From: Candidatus Hadarchaeales archaeon
GTDB taxonomy: Archaea > Hadarchaeota > Hadarchaeia > Hadarchaeales > Hadarchaeaceae
Length of the DNA stretch: 64,000 nucleotides
NCBI GenBank assembly: GCA_038823825.1
Contig: JAWBCC010000003.1
Span: forward strand, 69,351-133,350
Reading direction: 5' to 3'
In this document: positions 55,233 through 64,000 of the stretch, one piece after another
Numbering within the stretch: the stretch's first letter is position 1
How the letters are laid out: the number at the start of each line of letters is the position of its first letter
The notes under the pieces: generated by a model
The model's input: only the letters and a program-made list of their open reading frames with translations
Told to the model about the DNA's origin: nothing
Databases searched by the model: none
Translations under genes and position numbers: made by a program

Positions 55233-56468
55233 TCATGTTCCGAATTTCCAAGATTTCAAGTAGTTCTTTTGTTCAGCGGTGAGCTTTTCCATTTTGATTT
55301 TGAGAGAACGGAGTTTTAATTTTGCAACTTTCTTGTCTATCTCTTCAGGCACTTGATAAACCTTGGGTTCCAGCTCTGTACCGTGTTTGGCCAGATATAC
55401 TGTGCACAAAGCCTGAAGCGAGAAGCTCATATCCATTATTTCTATCGGATGCCCAAGTGAGCGCTTACCCGCCAGATTGACTAGACGCCCCTCCGTGAGA
55501 AGATATAAACGTTTTCCGTTCCTAAGCTTGAATTCCTTTACGTCCTCGATGATTTCTCGTTCGGAAGTGGCCAGCTTTTCCAGTCCCTTCAGATCTATTT
55601 CCACATTGAAGTGGCCAGCATTCGCGAGGATGGCACCGTCTCTCATTTTTTGCATATGCTCTGGGCGTATCACATTGACGTTGCCAGTTGCCGTGATGAA
55701 AATGTCCCCATCACGCACGGCTTCCTTCATGCTACCAACACGAAATCCATCCATTGCGGCTTCGAGTGCTCGGATAGGATCGGTCTCCACCACAATGACG
55801 TTCGCTCCAAGCCCTCTTGCACGTGAAGCTATCCCTCTCCCTACATATCCGTAACCTACAACCACCACACACTTGCCCGCAATCAGAGTGTTCGTGATGC
55901 TCATTATCGCCTGCAAAGTCGATTCTGCTGTCCCAAATCTGTTATCGAAAAGGCGCTTTGCTGGCGTATCGTTTACAGCAATAACCGGAATTTTAAGTGC
56001 TCCATCTTTTTCCATAGCTCGTAGTCTCATGACACCAGTTGTTGTTTCCTCACACCCACCGATCAGCCTCTCAAATTCTGGATGTTTTTCATGTGCAAGA
56101 ACGGTGAGGTCTCCTCCATCGTCGATTATTAAATCAGGAGCATGAGAGAGGACCTTTTCGAGGTTTCGATAATATTCTTGTTCGCTTTCCCCTCTTTTCG
56201 CGTATACAAAATTACCTTCCTCCGCAAGGGCTTCAGCAACTTCATCCTTGGTCGAAAGCGGATTACATCCTGCAATAGCGATTTCTGCCCCCGCATCGCG
56301 TAGTGCCCTGACAAGTACACCAGTTTTGGCTTCTACATGTAGCGCCATTCCCACCTTGAGTCCTTTCAATGGTTTCTTTTTCGAGAGCTCCCGTCTCACT
56401 TCGGCCAGAACTGGCATGCGTGATTCGGCCCAGTTTAGCATTCTTTCCCCGATATCTTTGGGTTTCAT
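55233..56468 (-). CDS. ahcY: Adenosylhomocysteinase (or S-inosylhomocysteine hydrolase)
   Basis: NAD-binding VVVVGYGYVGRGIASRARGLGANVIV. Conserved substrate-binding blocks. 411 aa, the archaeal short form. Confidence 0.9.
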   Translation of the reverse strand: MKPKDIGERMLNWAESRMPVLAEVRRELSKKKPLKGLKVGMALHVEAKTGVLVRALRDAGAEIAIAGCNPLSTKDEVAEALAEEGNFVYAKRGESEQEYYRNLEKVLSHAPDLIIDDGGDLTVLAHEKHPEFERLIGGCEETTTGVMRLRAMEKDGALKIPVIAVNDTPAKRLFDNRFGTAESTLQAIMSITNTLIAGKCVVVVGYGYVGRGIASRARGLGANVIVVETDPIRALEAAMDGFRVGSMKEAVRDGDIFITATGNVNVIRPEHMQKMRDGAILANAGHFNVEIDLKGLEKLATSEREIIEDVKEFKLRNGKRLYLLTEGRLVNLAGKRSLGHPIEIMDMSFSLQALCTVYLAKHGTELEPKVYQVPEEIDKKVAKLKLRSLKIKMEKLTAEQKNYLKSWKFGT

Positions 56469-57754
56469 CTGCTCACCAGATCTTCAGCAACCTGCTGTGC
56501 CTTTTCGATTACTTGTTCTTCATCGACCGTCAATATGTGTCTATCTTCCATAATGATTCTGCCGTTGACGATGACTGTGCACACATCGCAGCCACTTGCT
56601 GAGTAAACCAAATTAGAAACAACGTTATGTAGCGGTGTGAGGTGAGGTTTTCTAAGATCAACGAGAATAATATCAGCTTTTTTCCCAATTTCTATGGATC
56701 CGATTTCTCTTTCAAGCCCGACCGCTTTTGCGCCGTTTATGGTTCCAATTCTTAAAGCTGTCATCGCATCCACAACCGTTGGGTTTCCAGCTTTAACCTT
56801 GGCCAGCAAGCTACAGGTTCTGATCTCCTCAAACATGTCAAGGTTGTTGTTGCTTGCAGCACCGTCAGTTCCTATCGCCACCGTGATCCCTCTTTTGATA
56901 AAGTCCCAGATAGGAGCAATTCCAGAAGCCAGTTTGAGGTTACTTTGGGGATTGTGTGCCACCTTTACGTCATTTTTCTTTAGAGTCTCCGCCTCTTCTT
57001 TGCTTACTTGAACACAGTGTGCAGCCAGTATCTCGGGACCGAGAAAACCGATGTTTTGTAGAAATTCTATCGGCTTCTCCCCTTGAAACGAAATGGTATT
57101 TTGAACGTCTTTCTCGCTCTCTGCGAGGTGAATCATTATTCCGACTTTGAACTTTCTAGCTAAATCCTTGATCTCCAAGAGGCACTCTCTCGAACATGAG
57201 TAAGGAGCATGTGGTCCAAACATCGTTAGAATTCTTCCATCGGCTTTGCCGTGAAAATCTTTTACAATTCTGACGGCTTCTCTGATATCTTTTTCCCTTT
57301 TTTCTTCATCTCCCAAGTCAATGATTCCATGAGAGATGAAGCCCCTCATTCCCGTTTCCTCGATTGCTTTCGCAACAGCATCCATGAAGAAATACTGATC
57401 CACGAAGCAAGTAGTACCACTCTTTATCATTTCGACACAGCCAAGAAGAGCTCCCCAATAAACATCGTCTCTTTTGAGCTTCATTTCGAGTGGCCAGATT
57501 TTTTCCGTTAACCAGCTCATCAGCTCCATGTCATCGGCTATTCCGCGGAAGAGCGTCATTGCAAGATGAGTGTGTGCATTTATGAAGCCCGGGAGTGCGA
57601 CTTTTCTTTTTCCGTTAATCACATAGTCAGTCTTCTCCCTAACATCTCCTAGTTTTGCTATCCGATTTTCTTCGATCAATATGTCTCCTCGGAAGACCTC
57701 GTTTCTTGGATTGCATGTGACAATTTGGACGTTTTTGATTAGAATGCTTTCCAA
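56465..57754 (-). CDS. Amidohydrolase of the MTA/SAH deaminase (MtaD/DadD) family
   Basis: Metal-binding LPGFINAHTHLAMTLFRG plus downstream His/Asp ligands. Overlaps the ahcY start by 4 nt. Confidence 0.8.
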   Translation of the reverse strand: MESILIKNVQIVTCNPRNEVFRGDILIEENRIAKLGDVREKTDYVINGKRKVALPGFINAHTHLAMTLFRGIADDMELMSWLTEKIWPLEMKLKRDDVYWGALLGCVEMIKSGTTCFVDQYFFMDAVAKAIEETGMRGFISHGIIDLGDEEKREKDIREAVRIVKDFHGKADGRILTMFGPHAPYSCSRECLLEIKDLARKFKVGIMIHLAESEKDVQNTISFQGEKPIEFLQNIGFLGPEILAAHCVQVSKEEAETLKKNDVKVAHNPQSNLKLASGIAPIWDFIKRGITVAIGTDGAASNNNLDMFEEIRTCSLLAKVKAGNPTVVDAMTALRIGTINGAKAVGLEREIGSIEIGKKADIILVDLRKPHLTPLHNVVSNLVYSASGCDVCTVIVNGRIIMEDRHILTVDEEQVIEKAQQVAEDLVSR

Positions 57755-57758
57755 GCGT

Positions 57759-58277
57759 TCACCTCAACAGTTCTGCGATTTTCTTACCGAATTCTCTTGC
57801 TGCGTGTGGACCATTAGCAGTAACGATTTTTCCGTCTACTTCGACATTTTTTCCCGTATACTTTGCTCCACCGGCTTCAAGCATTTTGACGAAATCTCCA
57901 TCCCAGACGGTCGCCCGCCTACCCTTGAGAATTCCAGCGTTAGCCAGTATCACCGGTGCTATACATATTGCTCCAACAACTTTACCGGCGGAAAAAGCTT
58001 CCTTTGCTATGCTCAGTGCATGTTTGTTGGAGAAGTAAATGGAAGAGCCACTTCCCCCGACAAATATCACAGCATCGTAATCTTCGACCTTCACTTCCTC
58101 AATGGTCAGCTCGGCCGTTGCTTTTCCGCCGAGCATCCCTTTTGCTTCCCCCTTCTTCGTACTGGCGATTTTAGTCACTATTCCGGATTTTTCAAGAACC
58201 TCTTTGGTATGGAAAAGCTCTTCGTCGCGAAAATCCTTTGGAGCGATTATCAACAGGGCTTTCATCCAATTTTTCAT
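57759..58277 (-). CDS. DJ-1/PfpI family protein
   Basis: AVIFVGGSGS and the nucleophile-elbow region AICIAPVILANAGIL. Confidence 0.8.
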   Translation of the reverse strand: MKNWMKALLIIAPKDFRDEELFHTKEVLEKSGIVTKIASTKKGEAKGMLGGKATAELTIEEVKVEDYDAVIFVGGSGSSIYFSNKHALSIAKEAFSAGKVVGAICIAPVILANAGILKGRRATVWDGDFVKMLEAGGAKYTGKNVEVDGKIVTANGPHAAREFGKKIAELLR

Positions 58278-58345
58278 TTTCTCTCTTTAGAATAAAAATG
58301 GCAGAGGCGGAGGCGGTCAATAACTTGGGGAGAATCTCTTAAAGT

Positions 58346-60193
58346 ATGGCGTGGATGGAGATAGGTGGGTGTATGGGAAAGTTCTACATAACAACTCCCA
58401 TATATTACATAAATGCCGTTCCACACATCGGTCACGCCTACACGACCGTAATAGCAGATATCATAGCCAGATGGCGCAGGCTGGCAGGCGACGATGTTTT
58501 TTTCTTGACAGGACTCGATGAGAATTCGTCCAAAACCGTGGAAGCGGCGGAAAATATGGGATTCGAAAATCCGCAGGAGTATGCCGACTGGATGGCTGAG
58601 AAGTGGAAGAATGTTTGGCGAATTTTATGCATAAGCAATAACGATTTCATTCGCACGACAGAGGAGAGACACAAAAAGAGAGTTCAAGAGATTTTCCAGC
58701 GTCTTCTGGAAAAGGGCGAGATATATCCTGGAATTTACGAAGGGCTCTATTGTGACGGTTGTGAGGCCTACGTTTCCGAGGAAGACCTCGTTGATGGAAA
58801 GTGTCCTTTGCACGGAACGGAGCCGAAGAAAGTTAAAGAGGAGAACTATTTCTTCAGACTTTCCGCTTATCGCGATGCCTTGCTGGAGCACTTGCGGAAC
58901 AATCCGGATTTCATAATACCGGAGGCAAGGAGGAACGAAGTAGTGAGTTTTCTCCAGAGGGGTCTGAAAGACGTCAGCGTTACCAGGCGAGGTTTGAAGT
59001 GGGGAATCGAGGTCCCAGGAGATCCTGAACAGAGGATATGGGTCTGGTTTGATGCCTTGATAAACTACTTGGTTGCACAAGATTACTGGCCAGCCGATGT
59101 TCATCTAATTGCAAAGGACATTCTCAGATTTCATTGTATTTTATGGCCAGCTATGCTGATGGCCGCCAACTATCCTTTACCTAAAAAAATCCTGTCGCAT
59201 GGCTTCCTGACAGTTAACGGGAGAAAGATAAGCAAATCCCTTGGCAATGTTATAGACCCAGTATATCTGGCGGAGAAATATTCCCCCGATGTTCTCCGCT
59301 ATTTCTTAGCTAGGGAGATCTCGCTCGGACAGGATGGTGACTTCTCAGAAGAGAATCTTAGAAGAAGACTAAACGACGAGTTGGCAGATGTTCTCGGAAA
59401 TCTCATTCACAGGGTTTTAACCTTCATCCATGCGAGATACAACGGTAGGGCCCCAGAGGGAGAACTAGACAGAGAATTTTTGGAGGAGGTGAACAAGCGG
59501 GTGAGAGAAATCATTCGTCTAATGGACCGGTTCGAAGTCACGAGAGCGGCCGAGGAGATAGTAAATTTGGCTAGACTGGGAAACGAATACTTTCAGCGAT
59601 GCAAGCCGTGGGAATCGATTTCAACAAAGCCTGCGGAGGCCGCGAAGTGCCTTCTCAGTTGTTTAAACTTGGTTGGAACGATCTGTGTTCTGCTTTCTCC
59701 GTTTATGCCAATCACCGCAGAACGTTTGAGCAAGCAGATGAATTTTAAGGTAGAAAGGCTTGACCAGGCCCTGAGGCCGGGAATCCTTCCGGGCCACGAA
59801 ATTGGAAAGCCTGAGCCGCTTTTCAGGAAGGCTCAAGATGAGAAAACGGCTGAGGCCGCAGTAAGTCGAGAAGTAACAGTTTCCGACTTTGAAAAAATGG
59901 ATATTAGAATAGCAAAAGTTCTTTCCTGCGAAAAAATAAAAGGCTCCGAAAAATTGCTCAAGCTCTCGGTTGATGTGGGCGGAGAGGTACGGACAATCGT
60001 GGCTGGGATAGGAAAGTCCTATTCACCGGAGGATTTAGTCGGTAGACTTGTTGTTGTGGTTGTTAACATAAAGCCAGCAAAAATAATGGGAGTAGTTTCA
60101 CATGGGATGCTGTTGGCTGCCGGTGACGATGAGAATAAACTCTCTCTACTGGTTCCCGATAGGACGCAGGAGCCGGGCACCAAGGTGAGATGA
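58346..60193 (+). CDS. metG: Methionyl-tRNA synthetase with a C-terminal tRNA-binding (EMAP/Trbp111-like) domain
   Basis: HIGH (PHIGHAYT). KMSKS (KISKSLGN). Zn knuckle CDGCEAY...CPLHG. C-terminal IRIAKVLSCEKIKGSEKLLKLSVDVG OB-fold domain. The likely start is the internal MGKFYITTP (58373). Confidence 0.9.
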   Translation: MAWMEIGGCMGKFYITTPIYYINAVPHIGHAYTTVIADIIARWRRLAGDDVFFLTGLDENSSKTVEAAENMGFENPQEYADWMAEKWKNVWRILCISNNDFIRTTEERHKKRVQEIFQRLLEKGEIYPGIYEGLYCDGCEAYVSEEDLVDGKCPLHGTEPKKVKEENYFFRLSAYRDALLEHLRNNPDFIIPEARRNEVVSFLQRGLKDVSVTRRGLKWGIEVPGDPEQRIWVWFDALINYLVAQDYWPADVHLIAKDILRFHCILWPAMLMAANYPLPKKILSHGFLTVNGRKISKSLGNVIDPVYLAEKYSPDVLRYFLAREISLGQDGDFSEENLRRRLNDELADVLGNLIHRVLTFIHARYNGRAPEGELDREFLEEVNKRVREIIRLMDRFEVTRAAEEIVNLARLGNEYFQRCKPWESISTKPAEAAKCLLSCLNLVGTICVLLSPFMPITAERLSKQMNFKVERLDQALRPGILPGHEIGKPEPLFRKAQDEKTAEAAVSREVTVSDFEKMDIRIAKVLSCEKIKGSEKLLKLSVDVGGEVRTIVAGIGKSYSPEDLVGRLVVVVVNIKPAKIMGVVSHGMLLAAGDDENKLSLLVPDRTQEPGTKVR

Positions 60194-60197
60194 TCTG

Positions 60198-60833
60198 ATG
60201 AAGTTAGATCTACACGTTCACTCGCGTTATTCTGTCAAGGATTGTTCTTCGAATTTGAAAGATCTCGTGAAAATCGCAAAAATGAAAGGGTTGGATGGTT
60301 TTGCTCTCACGGATCACGACACCGTTGCAGGTCTCAGGGAGGCTAAAAGATTTTCTTCAAAGGGATTCCTGATAATCCCCGGCGTTGAAGTTTCCACAAC
60401 CGGAGGTCATGTTCTCGGGCTCGGCGTGAGCGATGAAATCCCCAAAGGACTAAAACCAGAGGAGACTGTCGAAAAAATACACGAGCAGGGCGGAGTCGCT
60501 GTGGCGGCCCATCCTTTTTCACTCGGCAGAAGAGCGTCTCTTGTCTACAGGACGAAGTTTGACGCTATCGAGATTCTCAATGCCCGGGCAGGGTGGCTCT
60601 CCAACAAGCTGGCAGAAAATTTTGCGAAAAATCATGGCATTGTTGGAGTTGGTGGCTCAGACGCCCATTTGTTAACGGATGTTGGCACCGCTTACACTGT
60701 TTTGAACTGTGGGTCTAAAATAGAGGAAGTGCTAGAAAGTATAAGAGGGGGAGAGACATCAGTAGGCGGGCGATCTCTCCCCCTCCCCTTGACCCTGTGG
60801 AGGATCCTCCAGCGCACCCTCCACAAAGGGTGA
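60198..60833 (+). CDS. PHP-domain phosphoesterase
   Basis: MKLDLHVHSRYS...ALTDHDTV with later His/Asp/Glu ligands (AAHP, GGSDAH). Confidence 0.75.
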   Translation: MKLDLHVHSRYSVKDCSSNLKDLVKIAKMKGLDGFALTDHDTVAGLREAKRFSSKGFLIIPGVEVSTTGGHVLGLGVSDEIPKGLKPEETVEKIHEQGGVAVAAHPFSLGRRASLVYRTKFDAIEILNARAGWLSNKLAENFAKNHGIVGVGGSDAHLLTDVGTAYTVLNCGSKIEEVLESIRGGETSVGGRSLPLPLTLWRILQRTLHKG

Positions 60834-60842
60834 GCGCAAAGG

Positions 60843-60869
60843 CGGGGAGGCTTTATCTCCCCGCCTATG
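60843..60869. terminator. Perfect 10-bp-stem hairpin (AGGCGGGGAG-GCTTTAT-CTCCCCGCCT) between convergent genes
   Basis: Inverted repeat read directly. It sits in the 60-bp gap between the PHP gene (+) and the RHH gene (-). Confidence 0.45.
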
Positions 60870-60894
60870 CTGGCTAGACCCGAGAGGCGATGGT

Positions 60895-61143
60895 TCAGCG
60901 TGATTTTTTCGCATATTCAACGAATCCTTTAACTTTCTCCAAGTTTGCCATCATCCAATCATGAATCATTTTTCTGACAACCTCGCTTCTATTCGCTCCA
61001 TAGCCGGCTCCAACGAGGTCGTCAATGATCTTGAGATAAAGACCTTCAACAAACACCCGGACTTCGACCTTGTGTTGTCCGGATGTTTTTTCTTGTTCAA
61101 CCATTCTTTTCATCCCTCCAGTTAACTGTAACTTCACTGACAC
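60895..61143 (-). CDS. Ribbon-helix-helix (CopG-like) small DNA-binding protein
   Basis: Beta-strand VEVRVFV followed by two helices (LYLKIIDDLV...GANRSEVVRKMIHDW). Confidence 0.4.
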   Translation of the reverse strand: MSVKLQLTGGMKRMVEQEKTSGQHKVEVRVFVEGLYLKIIDDLVGAGYGANRSEVVRKMIHDWMMANLEKVKGFVEYAKKSR

Positions 61144-61248
61144 ATAGCTGGATGGTAATATAAAAAACTTTTGGGAGTTTATAAAGCGAAAGTTTCGGCA
61201 ATTTTGCGAAAGCTTTATTTAGTCAACAACAGAAAGCGGGACGAAACC

Positions 61249-64000
61249 ATGAGAGTAGAGAAAGGAGCAGCGTTTGTGTTTTTATTATCTTTCGTGATCG
61301 CGCTTTTGATAATACCAAACCAGATGATTTTGGCTTCCCCATCCTCCATCGACGCTTATCTGGAAAACATCCATATTTCCGATCCATATCTTCTAAAGAT
61401 GTTCAGAAATACCTTCGTGAACACGATTCAGACAACAGTAGGACTAAAAGACGACAATACAACGTATGTGATTACTGGCGACATCAACGCAATGTGGGTA
61501 AGAGACTCCTGCGCTCAGGTGTACCCCTATGCTCTCATTTGCATAAATGATGCATATCTTCAGCGCGTAGTCCGTGGAGTGATGCTCCGCCACTTCAAGC
61601 ATTTTAATTCTTCCTACCCCATGTCCACGATCATAAACTCGTGGAAAGAGGATTATACTCCTTGGGAATATAAGTACGAACACGATGGCATAGCGTATTT
61701 AATTAGACTTTGCTGGGTCTACTGGAAAGTTTCAGGGGATGATTCTTGGGCTCATCTTTCTGGTGATTTCAACGCTCAGAAGGCGTTTGGGAAGGCGCTA
61801 AGGCAGATCTTGGACAACATGGATGTGACAACCGGTCTTGTGAGAGTTTCTCATAGGCCCAGCGATGATTCAACTGTTTATCCTTTTTTGATTCCGACAA
61901 ACATGTTCATCGCAGCCACGATGCCGATGTTGAAAGAGATGTATCTTAACCTATGGGAAAATGAGGTAGGCGCCGACCTCTGCGATAAAATAAGGGAAAA
62001 CATTATGCGCGGAATAGAGACGTACGCGGTATACAACGATCCAGTCTTCGGAAGGATATGGGCATACGAAGTTGATGGACGGGGAAGATACCTCCTTATG
62101 GATGACGCAAATGTACCGAGTTTGCTTTCTGCACCTTACATAGGATTCACATCAACAGACAACGATGTCTATCAGAACACGCGCAGATTTTTGCTTAGTT
62201 CTTCAAATCCCTATTTCTTTTCCGGAAGCTATATTTCTGGAATTGGAAGTCCTCACACGCCAGGATCGAGAGTGTGGCCAATGTCACTGATTGTCCAAAT
62301 TCTCACTTCGGATAATCATAAAGAAATAGAAAGTTGTTTGGAGCAGCTGAAGATTTCGGACGCCGGAACGAAATTGATGCATGAGAGCATAAATCCGAAC
62401 AACCCGGCGGACTACACGCGCTCTTGGTTTGCTTGGGCGAATTCTCTTTTTGCCGAAATGGTGATCACAAAAGTTGTTGGGTTACACATCGATAACGGCG
62501 AAATTTGGGTCAGGCCTCACCTGAACAAACATTTGAGCGAAATAGAAGCAAAAGACATTCCTTTCTGGAATTTTTCCTCACTGACGATAAAGGCGAAGGG
62601 GATAGATTCAACGATAAGACAAGTTCGAAGGAATGGGCAACCCGTGAATTTTGACCAGCGTATGGGTGTAAAAATCACAAATGATGAGCAGCAGATTGAA
62701 GTTTGCACGACTCAGCTTAGATTGACTCAAACACCGGTCGATCTTTCTTCATATTTTAACAGAGATGGAATCAGCTGGGACAATAACAGGGGAAATCTTG
62801 ATGGTTCTGAGGGTTATGACGCAGACGGGTTCTCCGACAACATCACCTGCCGAGATTGCGGTATTCTTTTCCTTATAGGCAGCAGGATGGACGGACAGAA
62901 AAACATGGTTTCGACCTCTTCTCAGACGATCGATTTGCCAAATGGACATTATTCCGCTTTACATATCTTGGGAGCATCAATTGGAAGCGGAAGTGTCCAG
63001 AGTGGAACGCTTCGCGTGAATTACCAAGATGGGTCATATTCTAACGTTACCCTGAGGTTGAGCGATTGGTGTCAGAGTCCGGAAACGGGAGAACATGTCG
63101 CCATTTTAATTGGCCATAGGCATTCTGGGGGGCAGGATCAAGTTGTTAAATGTAGAGTTTTTCACCGAGAAATTTCTCTCGATAGCAACAAAATTGTCGA
63201 AAATATAGTTTTGCCAAATAACCAGTACATGCGAATTCTAGCGATCACAGTTAGTAGACGGGATTATCCAATTCTAGTTAAGCCGGAGAACTCTTCCCAG
63301 ATAAATGACAACACGCCTATCTTCAGCTGGATACCCGCCGAGTTGCAGGATAACCAGAGATTCTTGCTCGATGATGATCTTTCCTTTTCTTCCCCAATTG
63401 AAAACATCATTTTGCCTCCTTCTGTCGAAAATTTTGAGGTGATTTCTGGTCTACCAGACGGCCGGTATTATTGGAAAGTAGTTCCGATTTTCGAAGGAGA
63501 GGAGTTCGATTCAGACGTTTGGGAGTTCAGCGTCGACACCCAACCACCGCAAGTCCCAACTCCATTGTCTCCAGAAAACGGTTTCAAGATTGTTGGACTA
63601 TCCGTAATATTCTCTTGGTCCGGATCTGAGAATGTTCTCTATAACCTACAAGTTACCACAGGAGTCACGGATTTAGACTACTTCACTTATGAGAATCAAA
63701 CTGAAATTCAGCTTCCGGACCACGGAATATACTACTGGAGAATTAGGGCGATGGATCAGGCCGGCAACTGGAGTGATTGGTCAGAATTTAGAAGACTCGA
63801 TGTCCTTTACAGTTGGTGGAACCAAGAATGGACCTGCCGGAGGAAAATTGAAATAAGTGGAAATCACCCTGAAAACTTCCAGATAAAAGTAGTTCTTCCG
63901 TCGGACATCGAAAATACAATTTATCCAAGCATAAGATTTTTGGAGGATGAAAACAGGGGTTTTCTTCCATATTGGATAGAGAAAGCGGAGAATGCTTACA
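61249..64000 (+). CDS. Secreted glycoside hydrolase family 125 (DUF1237, exo-alpha-1,6-mannosidase-like) with C-terminal beta-sandwich, two FN3-like domains and the start of a DUF2341-like domain. 3' partial; it runs off the window.
   Basis: Signal peptide MRVEKGAAFVFLLSFVIALLIIP. GH125 signatures YVITGDINAMWVRDSCAQ and LLMDDANVPSLLSAPYIGF. FN3-like repeats (...YYWKVVPIFEGEE; ...YYWRIRAMDQAGNWSDWSEF). Then WTCRRKIEISGNHPENFQIKVVL resembles the DUF2341 start. Translated by hand with no in-frame stop to position 64000. Confidence 0.7.
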   Translation, partial: MRVEKGAAFVFLLSFVIALLIIPNQMILASPSSIDAYLENIHISDPYLLKMFRNTFVNTIQTTVGLKDDNTTYVITGDINAMWVRDSCAQVYPYALICINDAYLQRVVRGVMLRHFKHFNSSYPMSTIINSWKEDYTPWEYKYEHDGIAYLIRLCWVYWKVSGDDSWAHLSGDFNAQKAFGKALRQILDNMDVTTGLVRVSHRPSDDSTVYPFLIPTNMFIAATMPMLKEMYLNLWENEVGADLCDKIRENIMRGIETYAVYNDPVFGRIWAYEVDGRGRYLLMDDANVPSLLSAPYIGFTSTDNDVYQNTRRFLLSSSNPYFFSGSYISGIGSPHTPGSRVWPMSLIVQILTSDNHKEIESCLEQLKISDAGTKLMHESINPNNPADYTRSWFAWANSLFAEMVITKVVGLHIDNGEIWVRPHLNKHLSEIEAKDIPFWNFSSLTIKAKGIDSTIRQVRRNGQPVNFDQRMGVKITNDEQQIEVCTTQLRLTQTPVDLSSYFNRDGISWDNNRGNLDGSEGYDADGFSDNITCRDCGILFLIGSRMDGQKNMVSTSSQTIDLPNGHYSALHILGASIGSGSVQSGTLRVNYQDGSYSNVTLRLSDWCQSPETGEHVAILIGHRHSGGQDQVVKCRVFHREISLDSNKIVENIVLPNNQYMRILAITVSRRDYPILVKPENSSQINDNTPIFSWIPAELQDNQRFLLDDDLSFSSPIENIILPPSVENFEVISGLPDGRYYWKVVPIFEGEEFDSDVWEFSVDTQPPQVPTPLSPENGFKIVGLSVIFSWSGSENVLYNLQVTTGVTDLDYFTYENQTEIQLPDHGIYYWRIRAMDQAGNWSDWSEFRRLDVLYSWWNQEWTCRRKIEISGNHPENFQIKVVLPSDIENTIYPSIRFLEDENRGFLPYWIEKAENAY

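Overview
The window looks like a 64-kb chromosomal segment of a hyperthermophilic euryarchaeon, probably Archaeoglobi-like. That call rests on a tRNA-Gln with an A1:U72 pair, an intron-containing tRNA-Tyr, apparent TATA/BRE promoters, a Ku-LigD end-joining pair, Pyrococcus-type hydBGDA synteny and a DUF39/NIL-ferredoxin homocysteine cluster. Most of it is housekeeping or accessory metabolism. Identified genes are a NadA fragment, two rhomboid proteases, four tRNAs (Ala, Val, Gln, Tyr), deoxyhypusine synthase, and a group-3b [NiFe] sulfhydrogenase-like operon hydBGDA with its maturation protease. Further along are DtxR-FeoB iron uptake with upstream iron boxes, endonuclease V, topoisomerase IA, NurA-HerA, sufCB, EngB, a macro-domain protein, QueC, aRF1, an AhcY/SAH-deaminase pair and MetRS. 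Four regions stand out. (1) A giant 1972-aa secreted beta-helix surface protein at 1.1-7.0 kb. (2) An AT-rich island of about 10 kb at 17.9-28.3 kb, directly 3' of tRNA-Tyr. It begins with five phased ~21-bp repeats built on a perfect 14-bp palindrome, wrapped round a small ORF. It continues with a standalone Cas4-like nuclease, a RadC/JAB protein and a type I R-M operon that carries two extra embedded genes, followed by a DUF45 metallopeptidase. One embedded gene, between hsdM and hsdS, encodes a wHTH/coiled-coil protein. The other, between hsdS and hsdR, encodes a HEPN-like protein in the PrrC position. (3) A LigD-type primase-polymerase (AEP) with an N-terminal wHTH and a separate zinc-ribbon partner at 32.6-33.9 kb, 22 kb from the Ku-ligase pair. 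Next to it is a ~290-nt GC-rich structured intergenic region that is probably a ncRNA (SRP RNA or RNase P RNA size class). (4) A compact nested-symmetry GC-rich element at 45.2 kb. The window ends inside a secreted GH125-family glycosidase with FN3 and DUF2341-like domains. All assignments come from reading motifs in the supplied translations and DNA; no database search was run.
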